A stretch of DNA of 63,949 bases, the filler included, from an uncultured bacterium (GTDB taxonomy: Bacteria; CAYSBA01), in assembly GCA_964429075.1 (NCBI GenBank). It is 13 parts of 13 records of this genome, joined end to end, with 100 filler letters (N's around TTAATTAATTAA, not from the genome) between each part and the next. Parts side by side here need not be neighbours in the genome. Positions count along the whole stretch, not along the records: positions 1 to 4,935 come from CAYSBA010000126.1; positions 5,036 to 9,947 come from CAYSBA010000127.1; positions 10,048 to 14,956 come from CAYSBA010000128.1; 10 more parts are not named here. One strand, 5' to 3'. Position 1 is the first letter of the stretch, and every line of letters starts with the position of its first letter. The translations under genes and the position numbers were made by a program. Shown here in pieces: positions 1-10,345 of the stretch. Under the pieces are notes generated by a model. That model worked only from the letters and a program-made list of their open reading frames with translations, ran no database searches and was not told where the DNA came from.

Positions 1-1515
1 GTAGATATAGCGACAATTAAAAAGAAGATTCAAACTCTTGGATATGGAGTAGATATTATAAATGATAATGTAGAGAACAAAAAAATGATACATAAAAAAA
101 CAGCTCATATAGATAAAGCTGATGCAGATTTAATTGTGATAGGAGGTGGATCTGCTGGATTTGCTGCGGCCATCAGGGCAGCGGAACTTGGTAAAAGAGT
201 GATAATGATAAATCATGGGTTGATTGGAGGGACCTGTGTTAATGTTGGGTGTGTCCCATCAAAGACCCTTATCAGGGCTGCAATGGCAAAAAGAAATGCA
301 GAAAAGACTCCTTTTTCTGGGATTAACTCAGGCAAATTAGAGGTAGATTACAGAGAGATTGTAAGACAAAAAGATGATCTTGTAGAATCACTCAGAAGAT
401 CAAAATACATAGATGTTTTAAAATCATATAATAATATAGAGCTGGTTGAAGCAAGGGCAGAATTTGTCTCAACAGATACTATAAAGGCACAGGGACGTTT
501 GCTCAAGTCTAAAAGGATAGTTATATCTACCGGCTCTTCTACCTACATACCACCAATAAAAGGGCTTAATAAGGCTGGATTTATGACAAGTAAGGATGTA
601 TTTGAACAGAAAAAGCTACCTGAGTCAATAATTATTATTGGTGGTCGATATATTGCACTGGAATGTGGACAGATGTTATCAAGATTTGGCACAGAGGTTA
701 CTATCCTGCAGCGAAGCAAAAGAGTTCTCCCTCAGGAGGACAGCGACATAACAGATACAATAACTGAACATCTTAAGAAAGAAGGGATAAAAATACATAC
801 GGGTGTAAAGATTCTTGAGGTCAAAAAAGAGGGCAGGCTAACAGAGGTAGTAACAGAGATAGATGGAAGCATCAGGTGTTTTAGTGCGCAGGGTATACTG
901 CTTGCAACAGGCAGGGTTGCAAATACAAAAGATATGGGGCTTGAGAAGATTGGCATTAAGCTCGACAAAAAAGGATTCATCGTTGTTGATGATTTTCTGC
1001 AGACAAACATAGAGGGGATTTATGCAGCAGGTGATGTTGTAGGAGAGCCATTGTTTGTTTATACAGCTGCGTATGAGGGTTCTCTTGCAGCAAAAAATGC
1101 CATTCTGGGAGAAAAGAATAGGAGGGATTACTCAGTTCTGCCATGGGTTATTTTTACCGATCCTCAGATTGCAGGGGTGGGGCTAAATGAAAAGGAGGCA
1201 CAAAAAAGAGGTATCTCTTTTGAGATTGCAAAATTAAGTTTGGAATATGTACCACGTGCACTATCTTCGTTTGACACAAGAGGATTTGTAAAGCTGATTA
1301 AAGAAAAGGATTCTGATAGATTGATAGGTGCAAGGGTTATAGCGCCAGAAGGCGGAGAGTTAATAATGGAGGCTGCCCTTGCCATAAAATATGGAATAGG
1401 TGTTAGTGAGATTGCTGGATTTTTTCATCCATACTTAACCCTCTCTGAATCAATAAAACTGTGTGCCCAGAGTTTTACAAAAGATGTATCAAAGCTTTCC
1501 TGCTGTTCTGGGTAG
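1..1515 (+). CDS. merA: Mercuric reductase MerA, 5'-truncated, with the tail of an N-terminal HMA/NmerA domain
   Basis: GGGSAG FAD motif, redox motif GGTCVNVGCVPSK, C-terminal HPYLT...LSCCSG Cys-Cys pair typical of MerA. Frame 1 is open from base 1 (VDIATIKKKIQTLGYGV, like an HMA domain end), so the true start lies upstream of ATG 85. Confidence 0.92.
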   Translation, partial: VDIATIKKKIQTLGYGVDIINDNVENKKMIHKKTAHIDKADADLIVIGGGSAGFAAAIRAAELGKRVIMINHGLIGGTCVNVGCVPSKTLIRAAMAKRNAEKTPFSGINSGKLEVDYREIVRQKDDLVESLRRSKYIDVLKSYNNIELVEARAEFVSTDTIKAQGRLLKSKRIVISTGSSTYIPPIKGLNKAGFMTSKDVFEQKKLPESIIIIGGRYIALECGQMLSRFGTEVTILQRSKRVLPQEDSDITDTITEHLKKEGIKIHTGVKILEVKKEGRLTEVVTEIDGSIRCFSAQGILLATGRVANTKDMGLEKIGIKLDKKGFIVVDDFLQTNIEGIYAAGDVVGEPLFVYTAAYEGSLAAKNAILGEKNRRDYSVLPWVIFTDPQIAGVGLNEKEAQKRGISFEIAKLSLEYVPRALSSFDTRGFVKLIKEKDSDRLIGARVIAPEGGELIMEAALAIKYGIGVSEIAGFFHPYLTLSESIKLCAQSFTKDVSKLSCCSG

Positions 1516-2100
1516 CAGGTTTTAAGACCAATTGAGATCTAAGTGAAAGAAGAGGTTTTCGGTAAAAAGGAGTAAATATAACTTTATTCCACTTTTCATA
1601 AACCCTTTTAAGGGAGAAAATAAGAGTTTTAGAAAAGCTTTTTCTTAAAGGAATCAGGGTATATAACTTTTTTTAACTATTTAAATTTCCTGAATAATTG
1701 NNNNNNNNNNGTATTGATCAAAGAGTTTAATTAAGAAATATGTTCCTTTTTAAATTCCTGCACTAACTTTTTTTGTTCCTTTTCTGGTTTTTCTTATATC
1801 ATTTTTATCTTTTGCCAAATCTTTTGTGACACTTTGCTAATTAGGTTATTTTTTATGCTACAAGAATGTTATTCTCCTGGTACAGGATGTTGGTACATTA
1901 CCTACAAAACATATTTACATAACATTAGTATCGCGAAATAATATCTCATACAAAATCAGCCCACTAAATCGAATATATCTTCACAAATCCGCTACTATCT
2001 GCCATCTCTTGTTAATACCTAAACAACAAACGGTAGCAACATCTTGGCGATTTTCTACATTAATAATATTTTGCTACACAAAATTCATCGTAGTCATGCA

Positions 2101-2129
2101 TTGACACCATAGCTGTTGTCTGGTAAAGT
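2101..2129 (+). promoter_or_regulatory. Sigma70-type promoter of the aminotransferase-serA operon
   Basis: TTGACA (2101-2106), 17-nt spacer, TGn extension, TAAAGT (2124-2129); SD GGAGG at 2143-2147 before ATG 2155. Confidence 0.65.
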
Positions 2130-2154
2130 CTCTCTGGTTTATGGAGGTGTATAG

Positions 2155-3297
2155 ATGAGAAAGACCTATCTTTTTGCACCGGGGCCGACACCTGTTCCAG
2201 AGAGAGTTCTTGCAAGGATGAGTGAATCAAAAATCCATCACAGAACTCCTATCTTTTCAACAATTTTTAAGAGGGTCATTGATGGCCTGAAGCCACTTTT
2301 TGGTACATCAAACACCCCACTGGTATTTGCATCAAGTGGTACTGGAGCAATGGAGGGAGCAGTAGCAAACTTCCTTTCTCGATCATCCAGGGCACTTGTT
2401 GTGGTTGGTGGAAAATTTGGCCAGAGGTGGTCTCAGATCCTTAGCGCCTATGGAATAGAGCATGAAACAATAGATGTAGAGTGGGGTCATGCTGTTGATC
2501 CAGACGATGTAAGGCAAAGGTTAAAGAGCAAAAATTTTGATGCCCTTTTTATGCAGGCCTGTGAAACCTCAACAGCCACACGACATCCGATTGAAGTGAT
2601 TGGCAGGATAATAAAGGAGGAATTTCCGGACATTCTATTCGTTGTGGATGGTATTACCTCTGTTGGTGTGGAAAGGATGGAAGCAGATAACTGGGGAGTG
2701 GATATCCTTGTGGCTGGATCACAGAAGGCCTTTATGTTACCACCCGGTCTTTCTATGGCAAGTGTAAGTGAAAAGGCATGGAGATATAATGAAAGATCCG
2801 ATCTGCCAAGATACTATTTTGACTGGGCAAAAGAAAGAAAGTCGATAGAAGAGAAAGGCCAGTCTGCATATACTCCAGCTGTCTCACTAATTCTCGGTCT
2901 TGACGAGGTACTTTTAATGTTAAAAGAAGAAGGACTTGATAACGTTTTTAAAAGACACAAAAAGTTAGCAACAGCCACACGAGTAGCGGGCGAAAAGATT
3001 GGACTCAGGCTATTATCAAACAGCCCTGCTGATGGTGTCAGTGCCTTTGTTGTACCAGAAGGTATTGATGGTACCGATGTTGTAAAAGGTATGAGAAAAA
3101 GGGGATTTATCATAGCAGGTGGCCAGGAGAGATTAAAAGGTAAGATTTTCAGGATATCCCACATGGGATATGTAAATGAGTACGATATGCTATGTGTCCT
3201 TTTTGCATTAGAACAAACCTTACAAGAGCTTGGTTTCACGGTAGAGCCAGGTGATGCAACAGGCGCATTCTCAAATGCATTTATGAAAAATCTTTAG
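2155..3297 (+). CDS. Class V PLP aminotransferase (alanine/serine-glyoxylate family), probably acting as phosphoserine aminotransferase
   Basis: PGPTPVP, SSGTGAME, VDGITS, GSQKAFMLPPGL (PLP Lys), FRISHMG; directly upstream of serA. Confidence 0.88.
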   Translation: MRKTYLFAPGPTPVPERVLARMSESKIHHRTPIFSTIFKRVIDGLKPLFGTSNTPLVFASSGTGAMEGAVANFLSRSSRALVVVGGKFGQRWSQILSAYGIEHETIDVEWGHAVDPDDVRQRLKSKNFDALFMQACETSTATRHPIEVIGRIIKEEFPDILFVVDGITSVGVERMEADNWGVDILVAGSQKAFMLPPGLSMASVSEKAWRYNERSDLPRYYFDWAKERKSIEEKGQSAYTPAVSLILGLDEVLLMLKEEGLDNVFKRHKKLATATRVAGEKIGLRLLSNSPADGVSAFVVPEGIDGTDVVKGMRKRGFIIAGGQERLKGKIFRISHMGYVNEYDMLCVLFALEQTLQELGFTVEPGDATGAFSNAFMKNL

Positions 3298-3306
3298 GAG
3301 TTTGAT

Positions 3307-4899
3307 GTGAAGGATCTAAAGATCTTTATTGCCGATAATGTTGCAAAAGAGGGTCTTTTTTACCTCGAGAAAAATCAGATAGAATACACCCTTAAAACAG
3401 GTCTTAGTGAGGATGAGCTTGCAGAAGCAATCAGAGGTTACCATGGTCTTGTAGTTCGAAGCGGTGCTAAGGTGACAAATAGGGTTATTGAAGCAGCAGA
3501 TTCCCTTAGGGTTATTGGAAGAGCCGGTATCGGGGTTGACAATATCGATATAGAATCTGCTACAAAAAGGGGCATTTTGGTAATGAATACCCCTTCTGCA
3601 AACACCATAACCACTGCAGAACATACTGTTGCTATGATCCTATCGCTGGCAAGAAAGATTCCTTTTGCCCACTGTGCCCTAAAAAATGGTAGGTGGGAGA
3701 AAAAACAAAATGTAGGTATTGAACTGCGAGGCAAGGTTGCAGGGATTATTGGAGTTGGAAAGATAGGGAAGGTTGTTGCTGAGCTGCTTAAAGGTATGGG
3801 TCTTGAGGTTATTGCCTACGATCCATTTGTTACACAAGAATCCATCAGCAGGCTGGGTGTTGAACTTGTCAGTCTAAAAGAGCTGCTTTCACGATCAGAT
3901 ATTGTAACAGTACATACACCTCTAACAAAGGATACCGAAAAGCTCTTAAACAGAGAAAGACTTGGATTGATGAAAGATGGTGCACTTGTGGTAAACTGTG
4001 CTCGTGGTGGTATTATCGATGAAGAAGCACTTCTTTTCTGGCTGGACAGGGGTAAGATTGCTGGCGCTGCTATAGATGTCTATACAAAAGAACCTCCACC
4101 CGAAGATCATCCCTTTTTAAAACACCCAAAGATTGTGTGTACTCCACACCTTGGTGCAAGCACAAAGGAGGCACAGATTAAGGTTGCCGTTGATATCTTT
4201 AAACAGATTGTTGAATATCTCAAGGATGGAAAGATAACAAATGGTGTAAATGCTGCAGCCATAAGTCCACAGGAAGAGAAGGAACTCAGGCCATATATAA
4301 GACTTATGGAAAAAATGGGCTCTTTTCAGGCACAGATGCTACCTGCAAGACTAAAAAGGATTGAGATAAGGTTCTTGGGTAAGATTGCAGAACTCAACGT
4401 TGAACCATGCAGTATGAGTTTTCTGGCAGGATACCTTAATGTATTCTCTGATACCAGGGTAAATATAATAAGTGCACCAATTATTGCAAAGGAAAAGGGG
4501 ATACAGTTCAGTATATCAAAGGATACAAATTCTAAAGACTTTATTTCATCTATAGAGACAATTTGTTACTGTGAAGGTGATAGAAAGAGGGTAATTAAAG
4601 GGGCCCTCTTTGGAATAAATGATCCAAGGATTGTGGGTATCGATGAATACAATCTCGATGTTGTCCCATCGGGCTGGATGCTTGTTGTTCACAATTACGA
4701 CAGGCCAGGTGTAGTAGGTCGTATTGGAACAATACTTGGTGATGCCGGCGTCAATATTGCGCAGATGCAGCTAGGTCTCAATAGAGAGACAAAGACTGCG
4801 ATTGCAGTTTATAACCTCGATTCCGAACCATCCGAGGACGCCTTAAGTGCTATTGAATCTCTATCCAATACAATTTCAGTTAAGCTTATAAAGCTTTAA
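3307..4899 (+). CDS. serA: D-3-phosphoglycerate dehydrogenase (long type with ASB and ACT domains)
   Basis: GRAGIGVDNID, GVGKIG, NCARGG, TPHLGAST, C-terminal ACT domain (DRPGVVGRIGTILG). Confidence 0.95.
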   Translation: MKDLKIFIADNVAKEGLFYLEKNQIEYTLKTGLSEDELAEAIRGYHGLVVRSGAKVTNRVIEAADSLRVIGRAGIGVDNIDIESATKRGILVMNTPSANTITTAEHTVAMILSLARKIPFAHCALKNGRWEKKQNVGIELRGKVAGIIGVGKIGKVVAELLKGMGLEVIAYDPFVTQESISRLGVELVSLKELLSRSDIVTVHTPLTKDTEKLLNRERLGLMKDGALVVNCARGGIIDEEALLFWLDRGKIAGAAIDVYTKEPPPEDHPFLKHPKIVCTPHLGASTKEAQIKVAVDIFKQIVEYLKDGKITNGVNAAAISPQEEKELRPYIRLMEKMGSFQAQMLPARLKRIEIRFLGKIAELNVEPCSMSFLAGYLNVFSDTRVNIISAPIIAKEKGIQFSISKDTNSKDFISSIETICYCEGDRKRVIKGALFGINDPRIVGIDEYNLDVVPSGWMLVVHNYDRPGVVGRIGTILGDAGVNIAQMQLGLNRETKTAIAVYNLDSEPSEDALSAIESLSNTISVKLIKL

Positions 4900-4909
4900 G
4901 GAGCCAATT

Positions 4910-4935
4910 ATGTCTGATATTGTTGTTATCGGTCT
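4910..4935 (+). CDS. purA: N-terminal fragment, probably adenylosuccinate synthetase
   Basis: SD AGGAG then MSDIVVIG(L), like the PurA start before QWGDEGKG; only about 9 codons before the contig end. Confidence 0.4.
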
Positions 4936-5035
4936 NNNNNNNNNNNNNNNNNNNNNNNNNNNNNNNNNNNNNNNNNNNNTTAATTAATTAANNNNNNNNN
5001 NNNNNNNNNNNNNNNNNNNNNNNNNNNNNNNNNNN
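4936..5035. other. Artificial contig linker N44-TTAATTAATTAA-N44; the same linker is at 9948, 14957, 19933, 24904, 29866, 34814, 39753, 44688, 49604, 54459 and 59242 (100 nt each)
   Basis: Identical 100-nt spacer with six-frame stop sequence, 12 copies; flanking genes are truncated and contig lengths decrease monotonically. Confidence 0.98.
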
Positions 5036-5616
5036 CTCTTGGTACAGACACATATATAGACTGGCATGGGCATAACGATAGAGGGCTTGCGGTAATTAAC
5101 TCCATCGTTGCTGCCCTAAACGGCGCAAACAGAATACATGGTACTGTACTTGGAGTAGGCGAACGGGTTGGGAATGCCTCTCTTGAACAGCTACTTGTCA
5201 ACTTTAAGCTGATGGGAATAATCGACAATAACCTTGAGAAACTGACTGAGCTCTGCGAGGTTGTAAGTAAGGCCTGTGATTTTCCTATCGTTGTGAACCA
5301 GCCATTGATTGGTAAAGATGCATTCAGAACAGGCACAGGAGTACATGCAGCGGCCATTATAAAGGCAGAAAATAAGGGCGACAAATGGCTTGCCGATCGT
5401 GTCTATTCCGGTGTTCCTGCAGAAATGCTTGGCAGGGAACAGGAGATAGAGATCGGACACATGAGTGGAGCCTCTAACGTCAGATACTGGCTGCGTAAAA
5501 GGGGAATTGAGTATGATAACGATCTTGTTATGGATATACTCAATTTTGCCAAGAACAAAAACAGACTCCTTACTGATGATGAGATAATGGAGGTTGTAAA
5601 CAACTATAAAAAGTAA
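5036..5616 (+). CDS. LeuA/HMGL-like (2-isopropylmalate/homocitrate synthase family) enzyme, 5'-truncated, without C-terminal regulatory domain
   Basis: In-frame upstream of ATG 5212: DWHGHNDRGLAVINS and GVGERVGNASLE; then GVHAAAI and IGHMSGASNV. Confidence 0.85.
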
Positions 5617-5634
5617 CCTATATGGAGGTAAATT

Positions 5635-6642
5635 ATGAAAAAGATTCTCTTTGCTTGCCTTGGAATTTTGGTGTTGCCTGCCTTCTTTGGTTGCCAACCC
5701 CAAAAAAATCAGTGTGAATCTCCAAAGATCCTTCCCGAATCGCTTGGTGGTGATCCTTTGGTCAAACAGGGAGACAGGGTCTTAATATCCACAAAGGATA
5801 TGGAGGAAGAGATCAACAGTATGAGTCCTTTTATAAGAGAGCGTTATAAAGGGAAGGAGGAGAAGAAGAAATTTCTTGAAAAGATGATCCGTGACAAACT
5901 CCTTGCTCAGGAGGCAATAAAGAGGGGACTACATAAAGATAGAAGTGTCCTCAGAACCCTTGAAAGACTCCTTATACAAAAGCTAAATCAGATGGTGATT
6001 GAAAGTCAGGTAAGCAGAGATAGCATTACAGACGATATGATCAAAGACTATTACGACAAACATAAGGATCAGTTTAACCAGCCAGAGAAGATCAGACTTG
6101 CTCAGATTGTCCTCAAAGATATGGCCTCTGCCAAGAAGGTGCTCGGTCTTGCCAATAAAAAAGGCTCTGATTTTAGAGAGCTGGCAAGACAATATTCAGA
6201 AGATAAGGTAACAAAATTTCGCGGTGGTGATCTCGGTTTCTTGAGTGAGGAGGATCTTGTAAAAAGATTTGGTGACAAAATCGGAAAGGAACTGATATCT
6301 GCAAATGTAAACACAGTAATTGGTGTAAGAAAGATAAACGATAAATTTTATGTATTCAGAATTACAGGTAGAAGAAGAGAGATCCACAGGACACTCAATC
6401 AGGTAAAGAATCTTATTAGAAGCCGTATATACAGGGAGATGAGATCCAAAAAATATAACGAATTTGTTGAAGGTCTGAAGAAGAATGCAGGTCTCAAGAT
6501 ATTTGATGAAAATCTTGATAAGGTTCATGTCAAGGTATCAAAACGCTCAAGGCCAACAGGGATGATAAAGGTTGAGCCAAAGGCACCAAAACCCAAAAAG
6601 GAGATAAAAAAGGCCGTACCAACTAAAAAAGGCGGACATTAA
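5635..6642 (+). CDS. PpiC/parvulin-type peptidyl-prolyl isomerase lipoprotein (PrsA-like)
   Basis: Lipobox-like FFGC, SurA-N-like helices, FRELARQYSED...GGDLGF parvulin motif, Lys/Pro-rich tail. Confidence 0.88.
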   Translation: MKKILFACLGILVLPAFFGCQPQKNQCESPKILPESLGGDPLVKQGDRVLISTKDMEEEINSMSPFIRERYKGKEEKKKFLEKMIRDKLLAQEAIKRGLHKDRSVLRTLERLLIQKLNQMVIESQVSRDSITDDMIKDYYDKHKDQFNQPEKIRLAQIVLKDMASAKKVLGLANKKGSDFRELARQYSEDKVTKFRGGDLGFLSEEDLVKRFGDKIGKELISANVNTVIGVRKINDKFYVFRITGRRREIHRTLNQVKNLIRSRIYREMRSKKYNEFVEGLKKNAGLKIFDENLDKVHVKVSKRSRPTGMIKVEPKAPKPKKEIKKAVPTKKGGH

Positions 6643-6660
6643 TCCTTCATAGATCTATCT

Positions 6661-7611
6661 ATGACCAAAAAGAAGATATTTATATATGTACTTTTGGTCT
6701 TTTTTGCCAGCTTTTCGATAGGGTTTGGAGCAGTAAAATATTATACCCACTACCTAGTCAAAGCTGGAAGGCAAGAAAAAGAGTGGATTGCAGCTATTGA
6801 TGATAAAAAGATTGGTCTGAGTTCCTATTTACAGTATCTTTATACAGTTACAGATGGGAACATAAAATTGCCCGATAACATCAAACAAAAGATTCTGCAG
6901 GATCTTATTGACAGAATATTGCTTGATGAAGAGGCAAAAAGATTATCAATTGATGGTTGCAAAGACAAAGAGTGTCTGAACAGTATGCTTGTAGACATCT
7001 ATGGTAAGGAATTTATTAATCTTGGTCTCGTTAACGACTCCAATGTGGCATCCTTTCTATTTTCCAACTACAAAGAGTTCTACCGTGTCGGGTCCTACTT
7101 AATAAGCCTTTTAAAAAAAGAGGGTGTTCCAGATCAAAAGACACTGGTTGATTACTACAATAAAAACAATGAACTCTTTAAGATTAATGATGCTGTTAAA
7201 TTCTACAGTATAAAATCAACAAGCAAGGCAAAGGCAATCGAATACTTAAAAAGGCTCAAATTTGGAATGTCTATAGAAAAGATAAAGAAGGTTGCAAAAA
7301 AAGATCCCTATGTAACTGTAAATACTGTTGGTCCGATTTCTACTAATCTCCTGCCTGCTCCGCTTGCAACACAGATTAAGACTCTTAACAAAGGGGACAA
7401 TAGCGAGATTATTCCCCTCGATGATGGCTATTACATCGTTTCAATCATAGAAAAAAAGGACAGCCTGATACCAGATTTTAATGAGATCAAGACCAGAGTA
7501 TTTCTATCATACATAAAGTACCGTCTAAAAAAGATATACAGGAATGAGGTAGCAAGGCTCAGGAGGCTGCATAGGATAAAGATCCACTATAAACTATTAA
7601 ACAGGATTTGA
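6661..7611 (+). CDS. PpiC/SurA-family foldase-like protein (degenerate rotamase)
   Basis: N-terminal TM, ILQDLIDRILLDEEAKR, YYNKNNELF, GDNSEIIPLDDGYYIV; lies between two foldase genes. Confidence 0.65.
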   Translation: MTKKKIFIYVLLVFFASFSIGFGAVKYYTHYLVKAGRQEKEWIAAIDDKKIGLSSYLQYLYTVTDGNIKLPDNIKQKILQDLIDRILLDEEAKRLSIDGCKDKECLNSMLVDIYGKEFINLGLVNDSNVASFLFSNYKEFYRVGSYLISLLKKEGVPDQKTLVDYYNKNNELFKINDAVKFYSIKSTSKAKAIEYLKRLKFGMSIEKIKKVAKKDPYVTVNTVGPISTNLLPAPLATQIKTLNKGDNSEIIPLDDGYYIVSIIEKKDSLIPDFNEIKTRVFLSYIKYRLKKIYRNEVARLRRLHRIKIHYKLLNRI

Positions 7612-8492
7612 ATAAGAGATTGAAGGCCATTGAATTCTGTATTATTTCGTTTTTTCTGACAGTTAATGTCTATGCAAGGATCCTTGACAGGGTCCTTGCA
7701 GTTGTGGATGGCACACCCATTACACTTTACGAAATTACGAAAGGTAAACAGATAGATAAGACCACTCTTTTAAACATCCTGCAAAACAGGATAGATGAAA
7801 TTGTTCTTTTAAAAAAGTCAGAAGAACTTGGGATGAAGGTAACAGAGAGTGATCTCAAAAGGAGAATAGGCCAGATAATAAAAGAAAATAAGATTTCTGA
7901 AGATAAGTTCTGGTCTTCTGTAAGGGCAAGAGGATTTAGTAGGAACTCATATTTAAAAAGGCTGCGAATAGAGATGACAAAAGAGAGGATCATACAGGCC
8001 TTTGTCTATCCAAAGATTACCGTAACAGATAAAGAGATACAACGAAGATACAGAACTCTTATGGGCAAGGACAAAACCCTTTACGATCTTGTTTACTGGC
8101 AAACAGAGGATAGAAATCTTGCAGAGAAGATATTTAAAAAGGTATCTGAATCTTCAACAAGACTCTTGAAAAATAAAGAGTTAATAAAGGGTCTTGATTT
8201 TTCTGCAAAGATGGGTGTTCTTAAACATACAGACCCTGACGAGCTAATAAAAGAAATATCAGGTATAATTGTTGGCAAAAAGGCTGGTTTTGTATCACCA
8301 CCGTTAAATATCAATGGAGATTTTATTGTGGTGTTTATCCTTGCCACAGAAAACAAATCTAACTATATTGATATTGATACAAAAAACAGGATAAGAAAAG
8401 AGTTGATCGAGGATAAAATAGAGCGATTGTTTAACAATCTGTTGAAAAAATACAGGGAAGATATGGCCATCGAGATACTGATCTCATCATGA
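7608..8492 (+). CDS. SurA-family periplasmic chaperone
   Basis: Signal peptide then ILDRVLAVVDGTPITLYE (SurA N-domain), VSPPLNINGDFIVV; upstream of pdxA as in surA-pdxA operons. Confidence 0.75.
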   Translation: MNKRLKAIEFCIISFFLTVNVYARILDRVLAVVDGTPITLYEITKGKQIDKTTLLNILQNRIDEIVLLKKSEELGMKVTESDLKRRIGQIIKENKISEDKFWSSVRARGFSRNSYLKRLRIEMTKERIIQAFVYPKITVTDKEIQRRYRTLMGKDKTLYDLVYWQTEDRNLAEKIFKKVSESSTRLLKNKELIKGLDFSAKMGVLKHTDPDELIKEISGIIVGKKAGFVSPPLNINGDFIVVFILATENKSNYIDIDTKNRIRKELIEDKIERLFNNLLKKYREDMAIEILISS

Positions 8493-9397
8493 AGGTAGTT
8501 GGCATCACTTCTGGCGATATCCTGGGTGTAGGTCCTGTTATACTGCTCGAACTTATGGAAGATGGCTTCTTCAGAGAGCCTGATGCATTCTGTTTTTTCG
8601 TACCTGATGCAGCAAGAGATAGGTTTGAACCATTTATTGATCTTTTCAAATTTACCTTTGTTGAGCCAGAATTGGAACCAAGCTTTGATTGTCTTGTATC
8701 TGCCTTAAAAAGTGCAGATGTAAATAGAATAGATGGGATAGTAACCATGCCTGTTACAAAGTCACAATGGTCACAAAAAGGTATCCTTTATCGTGGGCAT
8801 ACCGATCTTTTTAGATCGCGATACCCTGAACGGGATATTATAATGGCATTCTACTCACCGGGACTGATGATTATTCTTGTTACTGACCATATCCCTCTAA
8901 AAGAGGTGCCATACTCCTGTTCGCCAGAAAGAATAAAAAATACCCTGAAAAGGACATCTGAGTTTATTAAAAGAACATCAATCCTTATAGATCCTGTTTA
9001 TTATCTTCTTGGCATAAATCCCCATGCAGGTGAAGACGGTCTGATAGGGACAGAAGAGCTTGCGATAAAGGAATCAATCCCTGAGATTCAGAGTGAATTA
9101 TCAATAGAGATTGTAGGTCCTGTATCTGGTGAATGGGCATGGACAAATGCACTCGAATCAAAACAGCATACGGTAATAGTTGCATCATATCACGATCAGG
9201 GACTTCTTCCTGCAAAAGTGATGTCAGACAGGATCTGGGTCCATCTTAGCCTTGGCCTTCCCTATATCAGGACTTCTCCTTATCACGGTAGTGCTCGCGA
9301 TATTGTAGCAAAGGGTATCAAACCTGATAATGCAGGGACAATTGAGGCAATACGACTATGTTGTAGATTGTTGGAGATGGAGTATGCCTGTTCCTGA
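8489..9397 (+). CDS. pdxA: 4-hydroxythreonine-4-phosphate dehydrogenase
   Basis: [49 protein letters not shown]. Confidence 0.88.
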   Translation: MKVVGITSGDILGVGPVILLELMEDGFFREPDAFCFFVPDAARDRFEPFIDLFKFTFVEPELEPSFDCLVSALKSADVNRIDGIVTMPVTKSQWSQKGILYRGHTDLFRSRYPERDIIMAFYSPGLMIILVTDHIPLKEVPYSCSPERIKNTLKRTSEFIKRTSILIDPVYYLLGINPHAGEDGLIGTEELAIKESIPEIQSELSIEIVGPVSGEWAWTNALESKQHTVIVASYHDQGLLPAKVMSDRIWVHLSLGLPYIRTSPYHGSARDIVAKGIKPDNAGTIEAIRLCCRLLEMEYACS

Positions 9398-9947
9398 TGA
9401 TATCTATATTAAGGGGGCAAGAGAACATAATCTTAAGAATATAGATGTTAAGATACCAAGAAACAGGCTTGTTGTAATAACCGGTGTAAGTGGATCGGGT
9501 AAATCTTCTCTTGCCTTTGATACAATATATGCAGAGGGACAGAGGAGATACGTTGAATCGCTATCTGCATATGCAAGGCAATTTCTGGATCAGTTTGAGA
9601 AACCTGATGTTGACGCAATAGAAGGGTTGTCACCGGCGATATCAATAGAGCAGAAGAGGGTGAGTAAAAACCCACGATCTACTGTAGGTACTATAACAGA
9701 GATACACGACTATCTGAGACTACTCTTTGCCAGAACAGGGACACCCTACTGTCCATCCTGCCAAGAACCAATCAGCAGATTATCAATACAGGAAATGACA
9801 AACACTCTTATGAAGATTAAAGATGGCAGCCGTCTTGCAATATTATCTCCCATTGTGAGGGGTAAAAAAGGAGAATTTAAGAAGGAAATAGATAATCTCA
9901 GAAAATATGGGTTTACAAGGATTAATATAGATGGGAAGATACATGAC
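9384..9947 (+). CDS. uvrA: Excinuclease ABC subunit A, 3'-truncated
   Basis: [42 protein letters not shown] zinc finger. Confidence 0.97.
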
Positions 9948-10047
9948 NNNNNNNNNNNNNNNNNNNNNNNNNNNNNNNNNNNNNNNNNNNNTTAATTAAT
10001 TAANNNNNNNNNNNNNNNNNNNNNNNNNNNNNNNNNNNNNNNNNNNN

Positions 10048-10345
10048 TTGTTGAGTCTGTATTTTCTATTATTGAACAGTCCAATCTTTTCCCATCATCT
10101 GCTATATCTGCAAAGAATATGTAATGAAAATCAGAAGGAGATTTAGATAGCTGATCATGAGAATCTATCAGAACTCTTATTTGACTCAGCTTCCCTGCAT
10201 CGTAACAGTTTCTAGCAATACAAAAAGGTATGTTACCACTACAATCTGAATCTTTGTTACAGCAAACTTTACATGAATCAGAACTACAATTAATAGTTTG
10301 AATAAAAATGTATAGGATTGGCATAATATTCATTAATCTTTTCAC
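10048..10345 (-). CDS. Secreted Cys-rich hypothetical protein or lipoprotein, 3'-truncated
   Basis: Hydrophobic N-terminus ending TINC, then CKVCCNKDSDCSGNIPFCIARNC. Confidence 0.55.

Noticed and set aside
85-1515. Dihydrolipoamide dehydrogenase as an alternative call
   Set aside because: C-terminal CC pair and PYLT motif in place of HPTxxE indicate MerA
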